This document shows, piece by piece, positions 38,584-48,252 of a stretch of 58,420 nt of DNA (its first letter is position 1; every line of letters starts with the position of its first letter). Position numbers and translations under genes: made by a program. The DNA is from a virus (lineage: Duplodnaviria > Caudoviricetes), in the IMG/VR virus record IMGVR_UViG_3300012936_000015, positions 1 through 58,420 of that record. One strand, written 5' to 3'. The notes under the pieces are model-generated. The model had not been told where the DNA came from. It was given only the letters and a program-made list of their open reading frames with translations, and did no database searches.

Positions 38584-38627
38584 TAGATATAATTTTATAC
38601 AAAGTTAATAATTTATTTAATACAGAT

Positions 38628-38876
38628 TTAGACATAAGGTTTTGTGACCTTAGCCCTTTTAGTGTTAGCCACAAACTGCTTTCCTTTTCTACCACCTCTC
38701 TTCTTTTTACGAGCAGTTTTTGCCCTTTCAGCTTTTGACATTGACATTGCTTTTTTATAAGGCAAGCACCTGTCAGGGTTTTTTTTATTCTTACTTGTAC
38801 CACAAGCACCCTTAATAGAACCATCTGTTCCTATTCTAACCCATTTTTCGCTTACCCATTTTTTTAGCTCTCCCAT
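38628..38876 (-). CDS. Small basic protein
   Basis: LKKWVSEKW...CG...RCLP pattern; Lys/Arg-rich. Confidence 0.75.
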   Translation of the reverse strand: MGELKKWVSEKWVRIGTDGSIKGACGTSKNKKNPDRCLPYKKAMSMSKAERAKTARKKKRGGRKGKQFVANTKRAKVTKPYV

Positions 38877-39170
38877 TTACTTTTTTTTATGTTTTTTTCT
38901 TATTGCTTCTTTTCCTTTCTTAAATATATTTGCTATTTTATTTTTGCCCATAACCTTAGCTCTTTGCTCGGCTACTGTTAAGATTTGTATTTTTCTAGCA
39001 AAAGGCTTAGAAATATTCTTTACTTTTCTTACAGTCTTATGTGCATCACTAACTGTAGCAAATTTAATACTTACAGTATCTTTTGGGTTTTCATCCGTAT
39101 ATAATCTTCTACCAGAACCTTTAGGTTTTTTACCCGTTCCTACTTTGGGGTCTTTATTTTTTCTTTGCAT
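38877..39170 (-). CDS. Small basic protein (LYTDENP motif)
   Basis: DPKVGTGKKPKGSGRRLYTDENPKDTV; ATG at 39170. Confidence 0.75.
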   Translation of the reverse strand: MQRKNKDPKVGTGKKPKGSGRRLYTDENPKDTVSIKFATVSDAHKTVRKVKNISKPFARKIQILTVAEQRAKVMGKNKIANIFKKGKEAIRKKHKKK

Positions 39171-39312
39171 GAACCTTTTGAACATCAAAAGCTGCAGATA
39201 AACTAGCTCCCTTGTGAGCTTTAAATTTACCCGTATGCTTCATTAATTTATATGAATTACCTTTTTTCATCCAATGAAAACCTGCCGGAGCTTTTACCAT
39301 TTTTTTTGCCAT
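39154..39312 (-). CDS. Small basic protein (52 aa)
   Basis: Hand-translated MAKKMVKAPAGFHWMKK...VHAKKK*. Confidence 0.7.
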   Translation of the reverse strand: MAKKMVKAPAGFHWMKKGNSYKLMKHTGKFKAHKGASLSAAFDVQKVHAKKK

Positions 39313-39323
39313 AGTTGTATTTT

Positions 39324-39482
39324 TTATTTTTTACCTTTTGCACCCTTAGCATAATTAGGGTCTTTACAATATTTACTTGCGCCCATTGCGGCATAAGCTG
39401 ACCATTTACCATATTTTTTCATAGCCCATGCTTTTCCCGCGGGACAAATTTTATTACCTTTTTTCTTTCTTGTTCTTGCCAT
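39324..39482 (-). CDS. Small basic protein (52 aa)
   Basis: MARTRKKKGNKICPAGKAWA...SAYA...CKDPNY; ATG 1 nt after the portal stop. Confidence 0.72.
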   Translation of the reverse strand: MARTRKKKGNKICPAGKAWAMKKYGKWSAYAAMGASKYCKDPNYAKGAKGKK

Positions 39483-39483
39483 A

Positions 39484-41928
39484 TTATCTAGGTCCGAATT
39501 GCGCCAAATCAAAACCATCTAAAGTGTCCTCATTAGATTCAAACTTTTGAGGCGGTAGATTGTTTTTCTTTTGGTCTATTAATCTACTTTGTTGATTATT
39601 TTGTTGTGTTATTCTATCTGCCTTAGCCTTTTCTCTTTGAGTCTCTCTTGATTGTAAAGCATTTTCACTTATGTCTCTAAGTTTTAAATTATACTCAAAC
39701 TCTTCTCTCATAAGTTGAGATTTTAACTGAGCCTCCTGTTTCATTTTTTCTACCTCAAACTGTATCTCTGCCTGCTTAAATTGTAATTTAGATTGTATCT
39801 CAGCTTGTTGTTTTTGCATTGCAAGTTGAGCAGCCATTTCTTGAGACTTTAATTGTTGTTGCGATTGCATAGCCTGTTGTTGCATTTTCATTTTTTCTTC
39901 CCTATCTTGCTTTTGCATACGCTTTACTTTTAACAACTGATTAGCAAGCTTTATGTTTTTTATCTCTCTAATATCTATTGCATCTTCTAAATTTATATCT
40001 TGTTTAGAAAGAGCCATCTGTATATTAGCTTCTAGCTTTTGTTTTTGCTCTTCGTCTGGAGAAACTTCTATAAATATACCAAAGTCATATATGTATAAAT
40101 CTTTTATGTCATTTAAAATAGAAACATTATACTTTCCTATTTTATTAATAAATGAATCTTTAAAATCAGAGTACTCTAATATATCAGCTACCCTATATGA
40201 TAAACCCTCTGCTAGTCTTCTATATAAAAACAAACTACCATCTAATATATGTCTAGTTGCAGTATTTGAATTTAATGCTGCTAGTTTTTGAACACCAACT
40301 AAAGAGTTAGGGTCAGGTGTGCTTCCGTCTCTAGCTTCATTTAACCCTGTAACCGCCCTAATCATGTTTAGATAATGATTGTAGTTGGATACTAAAGTTT
40401 GAACTTTACCCGCACCTGAGTTTGTATTTAGAGGTGTAATAGGTGTTCTAGCTTGATTAAAGTCACCATCTTGTGTGTAACTTCTACCTATAACACTACC
40501 TGTTTGAAAGTACAAACGCAAAGCATCTTCAGGATTATATTCATTACCTGTTCCTAAGTCTACTTCATTTAAACCATCTGCATCAATAAATACACCATCC
40601 GGAACAGTACGAGCAATAACTTGTTGTAACTTTAAATGAGTAATTTGTATTAAGTCAGCAAAAGGAATCATTCTTCTTACCAAAGATTCTATAACACCTT
40701 TATACATTCGTGGTGCTACAGCCACATAATTAGGTAGTGCATGCTGATGAGCTGACTTTGGTCTTACCATATTACTTGCCAACTCCCACTTTAATAAAAT
40801 GTTAGTACCCATAACCATAATACCATTGTACCAAACATCAATAGTCTTTTCTACTTTTTCAAAGTTACCCTCATCCATCATTTCTTGCGGTGGATTAAAG
40901 TCGTCACTTTTAGGAATCATTCTTACGTTTCCGTTCTCTGAAGTCTTTTTCTTATAAACAATTTTTTTAGTAGTTTTATAATTAAAGTACATTAACGTAG
41001 CAGTATCTTTATAAAAAATATCATTCTCATAATATTGAGCTACATTATAATAATTATACCAACTTTGACTATACTGTGTAATTTCTTCTAAATCCTGATT
41101 AGTTAAAGATTGGTCTATCTTTAACAATTCCGTAACAGGAACAGTTTTTATTTCACCCCAATAAAAACAATCTTTAAAATGTGGGTCTTCTGTATAGCTA
41201 TATACTACATTAGCAGGGTCTACATAACTTATCTTAACACCACTTCCTTCTAAGAACTCATGCTTTGCAATAGCAATACCCAAAGTGGTTAAATCATAAT
41301 CATACCTTTTTCTGAGGTCTTCATAATGGTTTTCATCAAACATGGTATTGATAGCTTCTTCTTCAGCTATTTCAATAGCAGGCTTATATTTAAGCTGCAT
41401 ATATAACTGTAACTCTTCATCCGTTTCTGGTAGTTCTTCAGGGTCCATACTAAAAGGGTCTACACCACCTTTTTTTTGAATAATCTCTAGTATGGGTTTA
41501 GCTGCCATTTGCCCCTCTATCATGTCTTGATATTTACTTCTCTTAGATTGAGACATAGCATCTTGTGCATAGGCTTTTACTTTAAACAATCTATCTGACA
41601 TTCCATTAACAACAATGTCAACAAATTTAGGAAGTATGGGTACAGGTGTCCAATCTAAATTTAAATGAGAAAGGTCACCATCTATAGCAATTTCGTTTTT
41701 ATATTTAGCAACTGATTGCTCTCCCCTTGCATATAATCTTAATCTGTGAAAATCTCTCCACTGACTATAATATCTGCACTGACTAGAGTCTTTTCTAAAC
41801 CACTCATATTGTATAGCTTGCCCGATTTGAAGACCGTACTCTTTAGTGGCCTTTTTCTCATCCGAAACGAATTGAGTTGGAAACGCTGCTTGATTTATTT
41901 CTATGGTTACTACTTTGTTGCTTTTCAT
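39484..41928 (-). CDS. Portal protein
   Basis: 814 aa directly downstream of TerL; PILPKFVDIVVNG and TGLNEARDG motifs; Gln-rich C-terminal coiled-coil barrel. Confidence 0.85.
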   Translation of the reverse strand: MKSNKVVTIEINQAAFPTQFVSDEKKATKEYGLQIGQAIQYEWFRKDSSQCRYYSQWRDFHRLRLYARGEQSVAKYKNEIAIDGDLSHLNLDWTPVPILPKFVDIVVNGMSDRLFKVKAYAQDAMSQSKRSKYQDMIEGQMAAKPILEIIQKKGGVDPFSMDPEELPETDEELQLYMQLKYKPAIEIAEEEAINTMFDENHYEDLRKRYDYDLTTLGIAIAKHEFLEGSGVKISYVDPANVVYSYTEDPHFKDCFYWGEIKTVPVTELLKIDQSLTNQDLEEITQYSQSWYNYYNVAQYYENDIFYKDTATLMYFNYKTTKKIVYKKKTSENGNVRMIPKSDDFNPPQEMMDEGNFEKVEKTIDVWYNGIMVMGTNILLKWELASNMVRPKSAHQHALPNYVAVAPRMYKGVIESLVRRMIPFADLIQITHLKLQQVIARTVPDGVFIDADGLNEVDLGTGNEYNPEDALRLYFQTGSVIGRSYTQDGDFNQARTPITPLNTNSGAGKVQTLVSNYNHYLNMIRAVTGLNEARDGSTPDPNSLVGVQKLAALNSNTATRHILDGSLFLYRRLAEGLSYRVADILEYSDFKDSFINKIGKYNVSILNDIKDLYIYDFGIFIEVSPDEEQKQKLEANIQMALSKQDINLEDAIDIREIKNIKLANQLLKVKRMQKQDREEKMKMQQQAMQSQQQLKSQEMAAQLAMQKQQAEIQSKLQFKQAEIQFEVEKMKQEAQLKSQLMREEFEYNLKLRDISENALQSRETQREKAKADRITQQNNQQSRLIDQKKNNLPPQKFESNEDTLDGFDLAQFGPR

Positions 41929-44171
41929 TGTATTATTTCACTCCTTAATCCACGGTTATTATACCTTGCAAAGTTAATACTTATTTTTGATTGTTTTTTG
42001 TTTGATGCGTATAGATGCTTCTGATTTGCCATAATCGCCAAGCCTGAACTAATAGTAGCATCATAATCAGTTCGATTATTTATATCAAATTTAGCCCAAT
42101 CTTCTAATGTTCTTATAAAAGGCATACTGCCCATAATGTCACTTTCTCTATAGGTTTCTGTTAAATCTAAACCTACATATTTTTCTACATAAGACTCTAT
42201 AGCTGCGGCATGAGCTTGCTTTACATCTTCAGAACTATTAGGTATACCACCTAGTTCCTTTTCTGTTTTAGAAAGTTTTAACAATGGTTTATCAGGTCTG
42301 TTTATTGAAAACCCTCTATATCCTCTGTTTTTTAAATGATACAATAATCTTGGCTTATTGTTTTCTACTAAAATAGGCATACCGTAAAAAACACAAGCCA
42401 TTAAAACTTCTTCAAAAAATATTTCTGCTGTTTGAGGTCTTGCAATGTATTCTAAAAAAAACTCATTGCTAGGTATTTCATCCATATTAAATTTGGTCAA
42501 CCCATGTAATGCACCATTAGAACCTTTACCACCAACTGTTCCTGATATATCATAAGAGTCACAACCAAAAGAACCTAAGTGCTCGTTGCCTGGATACTTA
42601 ACACCCCTTCTTTCTACTACATTATTTTGCATTTGTTTTGGTAGCAACCAACTTATTAAAAACCTTCCTCTACTATTTGGAGTCCATATAACATTACTAT
42701 CCTTAATTCCATTTGCCCAACTAAAACTACCCCTAGTCAAATGGTGTTCTTTAATTAAAGAATCATTATAATCTATTTGTTGATATATTTTAGTTAAATT
42801 AAAAAGAGAAGACTTGCTTTCATCTCTAAATGCGTGAGACTCTGTTCTAGGAAACTGTCTATAAAACTCATTCAAAGCATCGGCATCTGATTTTAACGAA
42901 TCCACTTCTGCTTTCCAATAATCTATAGCTCCTTGATATATATACTCCCCATCTACACCCTCTACTTCTTTTTTAGGATTATAAAAAACAGGCATACCAT
43001 ATCTATCTATAAAACCCTCCATATTCCACTCCATGGGTATAAACAAAGAATACATTCCACTTTTTGTTTGACCATTTGCGTTTCTTGTATTTACATTAGA
43101 GTCTTCAAATAGTTTTTTAAAATTACCACCCCCTTTAGATAAAGCATTAGATGTAGAACCCATTAAACACTTCCCTATTATTTTACTACCTAATCTTAAA
43201 CATGTTTTAGTAACCCTCCAATTATTTAAAATGTTATTTGGCTTCACCCACTTACCACTTTCATCATGTACTAATAGCAATAATTTTTCCCCATCATAAG
43301 AGTTGTCGTCAGTATTCTTCCAATCTATTGTAGTGTCTAAGCCATACAGCTCTTCATTAGCCACATCATACATATTTTTTTTTGTAATCTTAGATGCAGG
43401 TATTCTAAAAGCTAATTCAGTTTTTGGTTTATCCATACCATCTTGAATAGGCTTGAAAAAAAATGGGAGTCTGCTAGAAATAGGAACTACTTTGTCAGTA
43501 AACATTTTTTTTGCATCAGAACCGGTTTTAGATAATATACCCACTCTTGAATCTTTTGCTAATGTTCCTACATTAATACATTCTGAAGAGCCCATATATG
43601 AAAAACCCGACCTTCTTATTTTTAAATAAGTCATGCCAAAGCATCTTTTGTCAGCTCTACAAGCCTCCCAAAACAAAAAGAAAATTCTATTTGCCTCTCT
43701 ATAATCAGGATAACCAACATCTATATTAGTCCATTGTAAATACATATAATGAGACCCTGTAATATAAGTGGGTTTGCCTTTATTCATAAACCAATAACCA
43801 TCCTCTCTTTTATCAAACTCATTCTCTATATAATCTACCCACCTACTTTTAAATTCTTTAGGAGCATCATTCCATTGAAATATAGAGTTTATCTTAGACA
43901 AAGATTTTGGCAATTCTTTTCTTTCCCAATATTGTTTAGTAGTATTATCATCTCTGCTATAACACTTCTTAGGAGCTTGAGGAAGTCCTATTATAAGTCC
44001 TGATATATTTATTATATCACCAACTCGACCCGTTTTAGAAATGTTTACAAAATCATATTTTTCATTATACCCATACCGCCAAGTTCCACCTCTATTTTTA
44101 TTGGACAAAACTCTTTTAGGTATGTAGTTATCTAAAACTTTATATAAACTATTTTGAACGTCTTTCTGCAA
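41925..44171 (-). CDS. terL: Terminase large subunit
   Basis: KIRRSGFS Walker A variant, LLVHDESGKW Walker B, GSTSN, nuclease-domain GCDSYD and ENN. Confidence 0.88.
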   Translation of the reverse strand: MQKDVQNSLYKVLDNYIPKRVLSNKNRGGTWRYGYNEKYDFVNISKTGRVGDIINISGLIIGLPQAPKKCYSRDDNTTKQYWERKELPKSLSKINSIFQWNDAPKEFKSRWVDYIENEFDKREDGYWFMNKGKPTYITGSHYMYLQWTNIDVGYPDYREANRIFFLFWEACRADKRCFGMTYLKIRRSGFSYMGSSECINVGTLAKDSRVGILSKTGSDAKKMFTDKVVPISSRLPFFFKPIQDGMDKPKTELAFRIPASKITKKNMYDVANEELYGLDTTIDWKNTDDNSYDGEKLLLLVHDESGKWVKPNNILNNWRVTKTCLRLGSKIIGKCLMGSTSNALSKGGGNFKKLFEDSNVNTRNANGQTKSGMYSLFIPMEWNMEGFIDRYGMPVFYNPKKEVEGVDGEYIYQGAIDYWKAEVDSLKSDADALNEFYRQFPRTESHAFRDESKSSLFNLTKIYQQIDYNDSLIKEHHLTRGSFSWANGIKDSNVIWTPNSRGRFLISWLLPKQMQNNVVERRGVKYPGNEHLGSFGCDSYDISGTVGGKGSNGALHGLTKFNMDEIPSNEFFLEYIARPQTAEIFFEEVLMACVFYGMPILVENNKPRLLYHLKNRGYRGFSINRPDKPLLKLSKTEKELGGIPNSSEDVKQAHAAAIESYVEKYVGLDLTETYRESDIMGSMPFIRTLEDWAKFDINNRTDYDATISSGLAIMANQKHLYASNKKQSKISINFARYNNRGLRSEIIQ

Positions 44172-44427
44172 AACCTTGTTTAGTATCTATTTTTTTAACA
44201 TTATCTAAATCTTTTAAACTTTCTTCTTCTCCATCTATTCTGTTTAATATTTCAAAAGCATCAAAGATTGCTAGCTTTTTAGTTGCTGCTGCATTTTTTA
44301 ATCTATCTGCCGCCAACTCGTCCTCTGGGTCAGGTTTAATAATTTCTTCTTTAGCCACTTTAATTAACTGCCTAACCGCTTTTCTACCCGCTTCTATAAT
44401 TTGTAATTTTAATTCTTTTGAATTCAT
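44149..44427 (-). CDS. Putative terminase small subunit
   Basis: Helical 92-aa ORF overlapping the terL start; ends in GFAERRSK. Confidence 0.5.
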   Translation of the reverse strand: MNSKELKLQIIEAGRKAVRQLIKVAKEEIIKPDPEDELAADRLKNAAATKKLAIFDAFEILNRIDGEEESLKDLDNVKKIDTKQGFAERRSK

Positions 44428-44428
44428 C

Positions 44429-44899
44429 TTAAGATAGTTTTAAAAACATTACTTGAACTAACCTTGAATCATTTCCTTCGCCAAAATTATCATATATATT
44501 TCTGGAGTGCTTATGGTAAGAATCAAAAGCCACTAACCTATTATACTTCATGTTTACAGTACAACTTTTCGAATTGTCTTCATTATAAAATGTTGTACCT
44601 GCTCCTTCAGGATATGTTTTATTTAAATATAACAAAATGGTTTTGTCGCCCATCATTTCATCTGAATGAATGTAATTTGGTTCTTTTTGTTTAAAAGGAG
44701 ATTGTCTTACAAAATTATACTTTACATGATAATCGTTAAATAACATCAAAACTAATTTTTGCAACTCATCGTTTTCTCTTAGCTGAATTCCTTTAAATAT
44801 ATTTTTACCATCTTCAACATCTACAAAATTATTTGATAATATATCTGAAACGTACTTATCAGGGTTTTTTATTATATCATCAAAAATAATTAGATTCAT
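44429..44899 (-). CDS. 2-oxoglutarate/Fe(II)-dependent oxygenase
   Basis: HSD...H facial triad; LLYLN, GTTFY, YNRLVAFD; distal Arg in RLVQVMF. Confidence 0.8.
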   Translation of the reverse strand: MNLIIFDDIIKNPDKYVSDILSNNFVDVEDGKNIFKGIQLRENDELQKLVLMLFNDYHVKYNFVRQSPFKQKEPNYIHSDEMMGDKTILLYLNKTYPEGAGTTFYNEDNSKSCTVNMKYNRLVAFDSYHKHSRNIYDNFGEGNDSRLVQVMFLKLS

Positions 44900-45459
44900 A
44901 ATTTTATAGTTATTTGGTGGTCGTATATTCTGTACACCTTTTCATCATCTAACATAAACTCATACTCTACATTAGGAACAAACGAAACTATGTCACCATT
45001 GTTTACACCCTTGCTTTTTAAATAATCATTAGCATATAACATTTCCCCCATCAAAGGCTCGTTAGAAGTATTTTTAAAAATTATACTTTCTTTTTTTTGA
45101 ATAGGCTTGACAAAGCAGTATCTATCATAAGTATTCCATCCACTTTTATTTTTAAATAAAAAAAACTGCTCATTATCTACTAAAAAATAATCATCTTTTA
45201 AAAAGCTTTTACCACTTTTTTGTTTACCACCTATGTCATAATAATATTTAAAAACATTATGATGAACTAACAAAACATCCCCTTTCTTAATATCTCCATT
45301 GTAATTTATTGGAGTTTCTATTACTTCAGCTTCTCTATTTGAAAAACTTGCATCCTCTTGAGATGTGCTAATTATAATGTCTTTACCTCCTATATTTTTA
45401 GTGTTATTGTATCTTTTTTTATTTACAGGAGATACTATAAACTGTGTGGGGGACCTCAT
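44896..45459 (-). CDS. Tandem GroES-like (two Cpn10-fold repeats) protein
   Basis: Two repeats of the GroES pattern: FIVSP...IKKGDVLL and CFVKP...VNNGDIVSF...YRI. Confidence 0.6.
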   Translation of the reverse strand: MRSPTQFIVSPVNKKRYNNTKNIGGKDIIISTSQEDASFSNREAEVIETPINYNGDIKKGDVLLVHHNVFKYYYDIGGKQKSGKSFLKDDYFLVDNEQFFLFKNKSGWNTYDRYCFVKPIQKKESIIFKNTSNEPLMGEMLYANDYLKSKGVNNGDIVSFVPNVEYEFMLDDEKVYRIYDHQITIKL

Positions 45460-45683
45460 TATATATTTATATTATATTCTAAAGACACAGGAACAGTGCT
45501 ACTAAACTCTTTCCATTTTAAAATAACATCACCTTCTCTAATATAAATTTTTACAGACTGAGAGTCTTCATCAAATTTAATAAGTTCTATGGTGTGATTT
45601 CCGCCCAAAACAGTTTGGCCTACGATATAGTGCATAGCTCCCGACTTGTAGTCAGGACCTACAGATATTTTTCTAATTTCCAT
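45459..45683 (-). CDS. Hypothetical protein
   Basis: IRKISVGPDYKSGAMHYIVGQ; overlaps the next start. Confidence 0.75.
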   Translation of the reverse strand: MEIRKISVGPDYKSGAMHYIVGQTVLGGNHTIELIKFDEDSQSVKIYIREGDVILKWKEFSSTVPVSLEYNINI

Positions 45684-45693
45684 TTTATTTTAT

Positions 45694-45960
45694 TTAAACA
45701 ACAATTTTAACGCTGTAGTTTCCTCCACCGTCATTAGTTTTGTATAATTGCCCTGTGCTCAGTCCTGCCGCTATAGCTGCAGCATTATTAGCCGCAGTAG
45801 GTAAATTAATTACTGCTCCCGTAGTAGCTCCACCTAACAATCCTAATAGTTGTTGTGCAGTAAAGTTTTTAGTAGCGTTGCTACTATTAACATCTGTACC
45901 AATTAATTTGTCTGTTAACTCCGGATTTGTTACGTCTGTATATGTACTAATTTTAGGCAT
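45694..45960 (-). CDS. Small protein resembling tail-fibre N- and C-terminal motifs
   Basis: MPKISTY...DKLIGTD...TKNFT start; NNAAAIAAGLSTGQLYKT end. Confidence 0.6.
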   Translation of the reverse strand: MPKISTYTDVTNPELTDKLIGTDVNSSNATKNFTAQQLLGLLGGATTGAVINLPTAANNAAAIAAGLSTGQLYKTNDGGGNYSVKIVV

Positions 45961-46283
45961 TATTTATTTTTTTTTAATTGTTCTTCTCTTTTTACTTTAA
46001 CCTCCTCTGGAGTTATTTCTTTCATATATTCAGATTTTTGTTTAGTAGAAACCTTTCCTGTCTCTAAGCTAATTTTAGCATCTTTTCCATATTTAGTAAC
46101 CATTACTCTTTCTTTCTCTACTAATTTGGTTTTTATTATACCAAGTACTTTTTTAACGTTTTCTTGTTCTAATATATTATCAGCTAATTTAAGTTTAGCT
46201 GAATTTAAATCTTGAATAACTTTTTTAATATCATCTAACTCTTCCTTAGTTAAATAATCATCTATTAATTCTTCTTTTGACAT
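45960..46283 (-). CDS. Hypothetical coiled-coil protein
   Basis: 107 aa; KYG...ISLETG motif. Confidence 0.7.
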   Translation of the reverse strand: MSKEELIDDYLTKEELDDIKKVIQDLNSAKLKLADNILEQENVKKVLGIIKTKLVEKERVMVTKYGKDAKISLETGKVSTKQKSEYMKEITPEEVKVKREEQLKKNK

Positions 46284-46315
46284 TTTGATTAAATTTTAAA
46301 TTATATACAAATATA

Positions 46316-46609
46316 CTAATATTTTCCTTGTCTGTTTTTTGGAGAAGATTTTGTTGAACCTCCTTTACCGGCCCACAATACTTTGCACGCCCAATACTGA
46401 GCACTTAGCTTACTTTTCTTTTCACCACACTTGTGTCTAGCTCTAAAACTTTTACGTGCTGCAGTAGAGTAATTATGCCCATAACCTTTAGCACCAAAAT
46501 GAATAAGCTTTTCTTTACCACCCTCACAAGCTTTTACCATTCTTTTTTTACCTAGCCTAGTACTTCTCATCACCTTATTACAAGGCATATCTTTTTTACT
46601 TCTTCTCAT
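46316..46609 (-). CDS. Small basic protein of a marine-virus DUF type
   Basis: KK.MV...KLIHFG...ARKSFRARHKC...YWAC..LW pattern. Confidence 0.75.
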   Translation of the reverse strand: MRRSKKDMPCNKVMRSTRLGKKRMVKACEGGKEKLIHFGAKGYGHNYSTAARKSFRARHKCGEKKSKLSAQYWACKVLWAGKGGSTKSSPKNRQGKY

Positions 46610-47001
46610 TGTTTTTTAACCTTTTCAAGTGACCTTCCTCCAAAATAACTCGCTACAATTGTAATTAACACAAGCTGTAAAAGGTCAACCCATTTTCCTT
46701 CAACTTTGAAATCAATAAAGCCTGCATCAATAAATATTAGTAACATAGTACATACAATAACAAAAACTAAAACAAGTGGTCGTACATTTTTACTTAACCA
46801 CGAATCACTTGCCATGTCTACTTTCCATCTATCCGTTATATTTGCTTCTATTTTTGCTTGATGGTTTAAAACTAATTCTTTTAATTTTCTTTTAGCTTCT
46901 TTTTTTTCTGCATCTGTAGTAACTAAATTGTCTACAATCGCTCCCGCAGAATCAAGTAGCTTACTTGCACCATCTCCTAATATTTTATTTAAAACTTTCA
47001 T
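46606..47001 (-). CDS. Holin (3TM 'gene-transfer release' type)
   Basis: RWKVDMASDSWLSKNVRP, hydrophobic helices and YFGGRSLEK; next to the endolysin. Confidence 0.8.
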   Translation of the reverse strand: MKVLNKILGDGASKLLDSAGAIVDNLVTTDAEKKEAKRKLKELVLNHQAKIEANITDRWKVDMASDSWLSKNVRPLVLVFVIVCTMLLIFIDAGFIDFKVEGKWVDLLQLVLITIVASYFGGRSLEKVKKQ

Positions 47002-47606
47002 ACTAATAAATCTTTACTATCTAATAATGTATATGTAAAACTATTACCCCACTTATCGCGTGCTACTCTGCATATATCCATAAACTCATGCCAATCATCA
47101 TTAGCAGCTATTACTTGACAACCTGCTGACCATTTATCTACTTGGGTAGATTTTTTTCCTCCCCACTTTGTTGCTCTATGAATATTAATTCCAAACAATC
47201 CCGTTTGTGTATTGTCATTACTTAAATCAAACTTACCGTCTTTATTAGCATCACGATATACTGTGACCGGTCTACATTGCCCTAACGCTTCGTATCTACC
47301 TTGGTGTAATCTTATTTTATGAGAACCGCGAAACTGACCTTCCTTCAATACGGCCACCCCTTCCTTTCTCATTATATTCTGCTCCCAATATCTTCCGGGG
47401 TCAGTAGTGCAATCATAACAATAAAACTCCCAATGACCATCACACATAAAAGATAAAGTTATTTTATCATCAAACTTATTAGTAACTTCTGTTCCTGTTT
47501 CAGAGTTTCTTACTCCAACTATGTTGAGATTATAGTCTCCGTTTTCAAACCATGCAAAACCTTTACTCTTTACTGTTTTCTCTATTATGTCTTTTGATAA
47601 ATTCAT
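46998..47606 (-). CDS. Putative endolysin with a YkuD/L,D-transpeptidase-like catalytic motif
   Basis: GINIH-x16-SAGCQV; NIVGVR and TTDPG motifs; adjacent to the holin. Confidence 0.7.
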   Translation of the reverse strand: MNLSKDIIEKTVKSKGFAWFENGDYNLNIVGVRNSETGTEVTNKFDDKITLSFMCDGHWEFYCYDCTTDPGRYWEQNIMRKEGVAVLKEGQFRGSHKIRLHQGRYEALGQCRPVTVYRDANKDGKFDLSNDNTQTGLFGINIHRATKWGGKKSTQVDKWSAGCQVIAANDDWHEFMDICRVARDKWGNSFTYTLLDSKDLLV

Positions 47607-47608
47607 AA

Positions 47609-47968
47609 TTACATAAATTTCTTTAATACTAATTCTTCTACTTTTTTTTGAGCCTCCTTAATACATAATTGAAATGTTAAATCAGCTTCATGTTTCTCGA
47701 CTACTTCTTTATTATAAAATATAATAACTGTAGGAACAGAAAGTATTTTGTATTTTTTTACAAGATTAGGAGAGTCTTCTACATTAACCATATAAGTTTT
47801 TACATCCTTAAACTTAGATAAGTCAACCATATTATCTTTATTCCATTCTGCATAAAACTCTACAACAACAATATCTTCTTTTAAAGCATCACTAAAATCA
47901 TCTTCTTTAATTGACATCTGACCAAAAGAAAATGCCGTTGTTAATAATAATAAAAATAAAAACTTCAT
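47609..47968 (-). CDS. Exported thioredoxin-fold protein lacking CxxC
   Basis: Signal peptide MKFLFLLLLTTAFSFG; VVVEFYAEWN in place of WCxxC; cis-Pro motif SVPTVIIF. Confidence 0.75.
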   Translation of the reverse strand: MKFLFLLLLTTAFSFGQMSIKEDDFSDALKEDIVVVEFYAEWNKDNMVDLSKFKDVKTYMVNVEDSPNLVKKYKILSVPTVIIFYNKEVVEKHEADLTFQLCIKEAQKKVEELVLKKFM

Positions 47969-48252
47969 TTTTGTATTACTTCGTACAAACGTTCATCCAT
48001 TACATCTAATTTTTTTTCTATAGCATCTAAACTTTCTTTATTAGATAAAACAGTTTGTCTTATTAATTCATTTTTCATGTTTATTTCATTAGCACTTGGG
48101 TAATCATCAAACTTTTCTACTTTAACTTCTATAGCGTTAACTTGACCAACTAAATTATAATAAGTTCCAACTAAACCTACAACCATTACAACAAAGCTTA
48201 TTAAAAACTTCAAGTCGGTACTTACTTTTGTGTTCTCGCTTATTTTAGCCAT
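47965..48252 (-). CDS. Single-TM membrane protein with a periplasmic coiled coil
   Basis: TM segment FLISFVVMVVGLVGTYY followed by heptad repeats. Confidence 0.7.
   Translation of the reverse strand: MAKISENTKVSTDLKFLISFVVMVVGLVGTYYNLVGQVNAIEVKVEKFDDYPSANEINMKNELIRQTVLSNKESLDAIEKKLDVMDERLYEVIQK

Noticed and set aside
47609-47968. Redox-active thioredoxin (auxiliary metabolic gene)
   Set aside because: The WCxxC site is replaced by WNKD and the protein has a signal peptide; only one Cys remains near the C-terminus.
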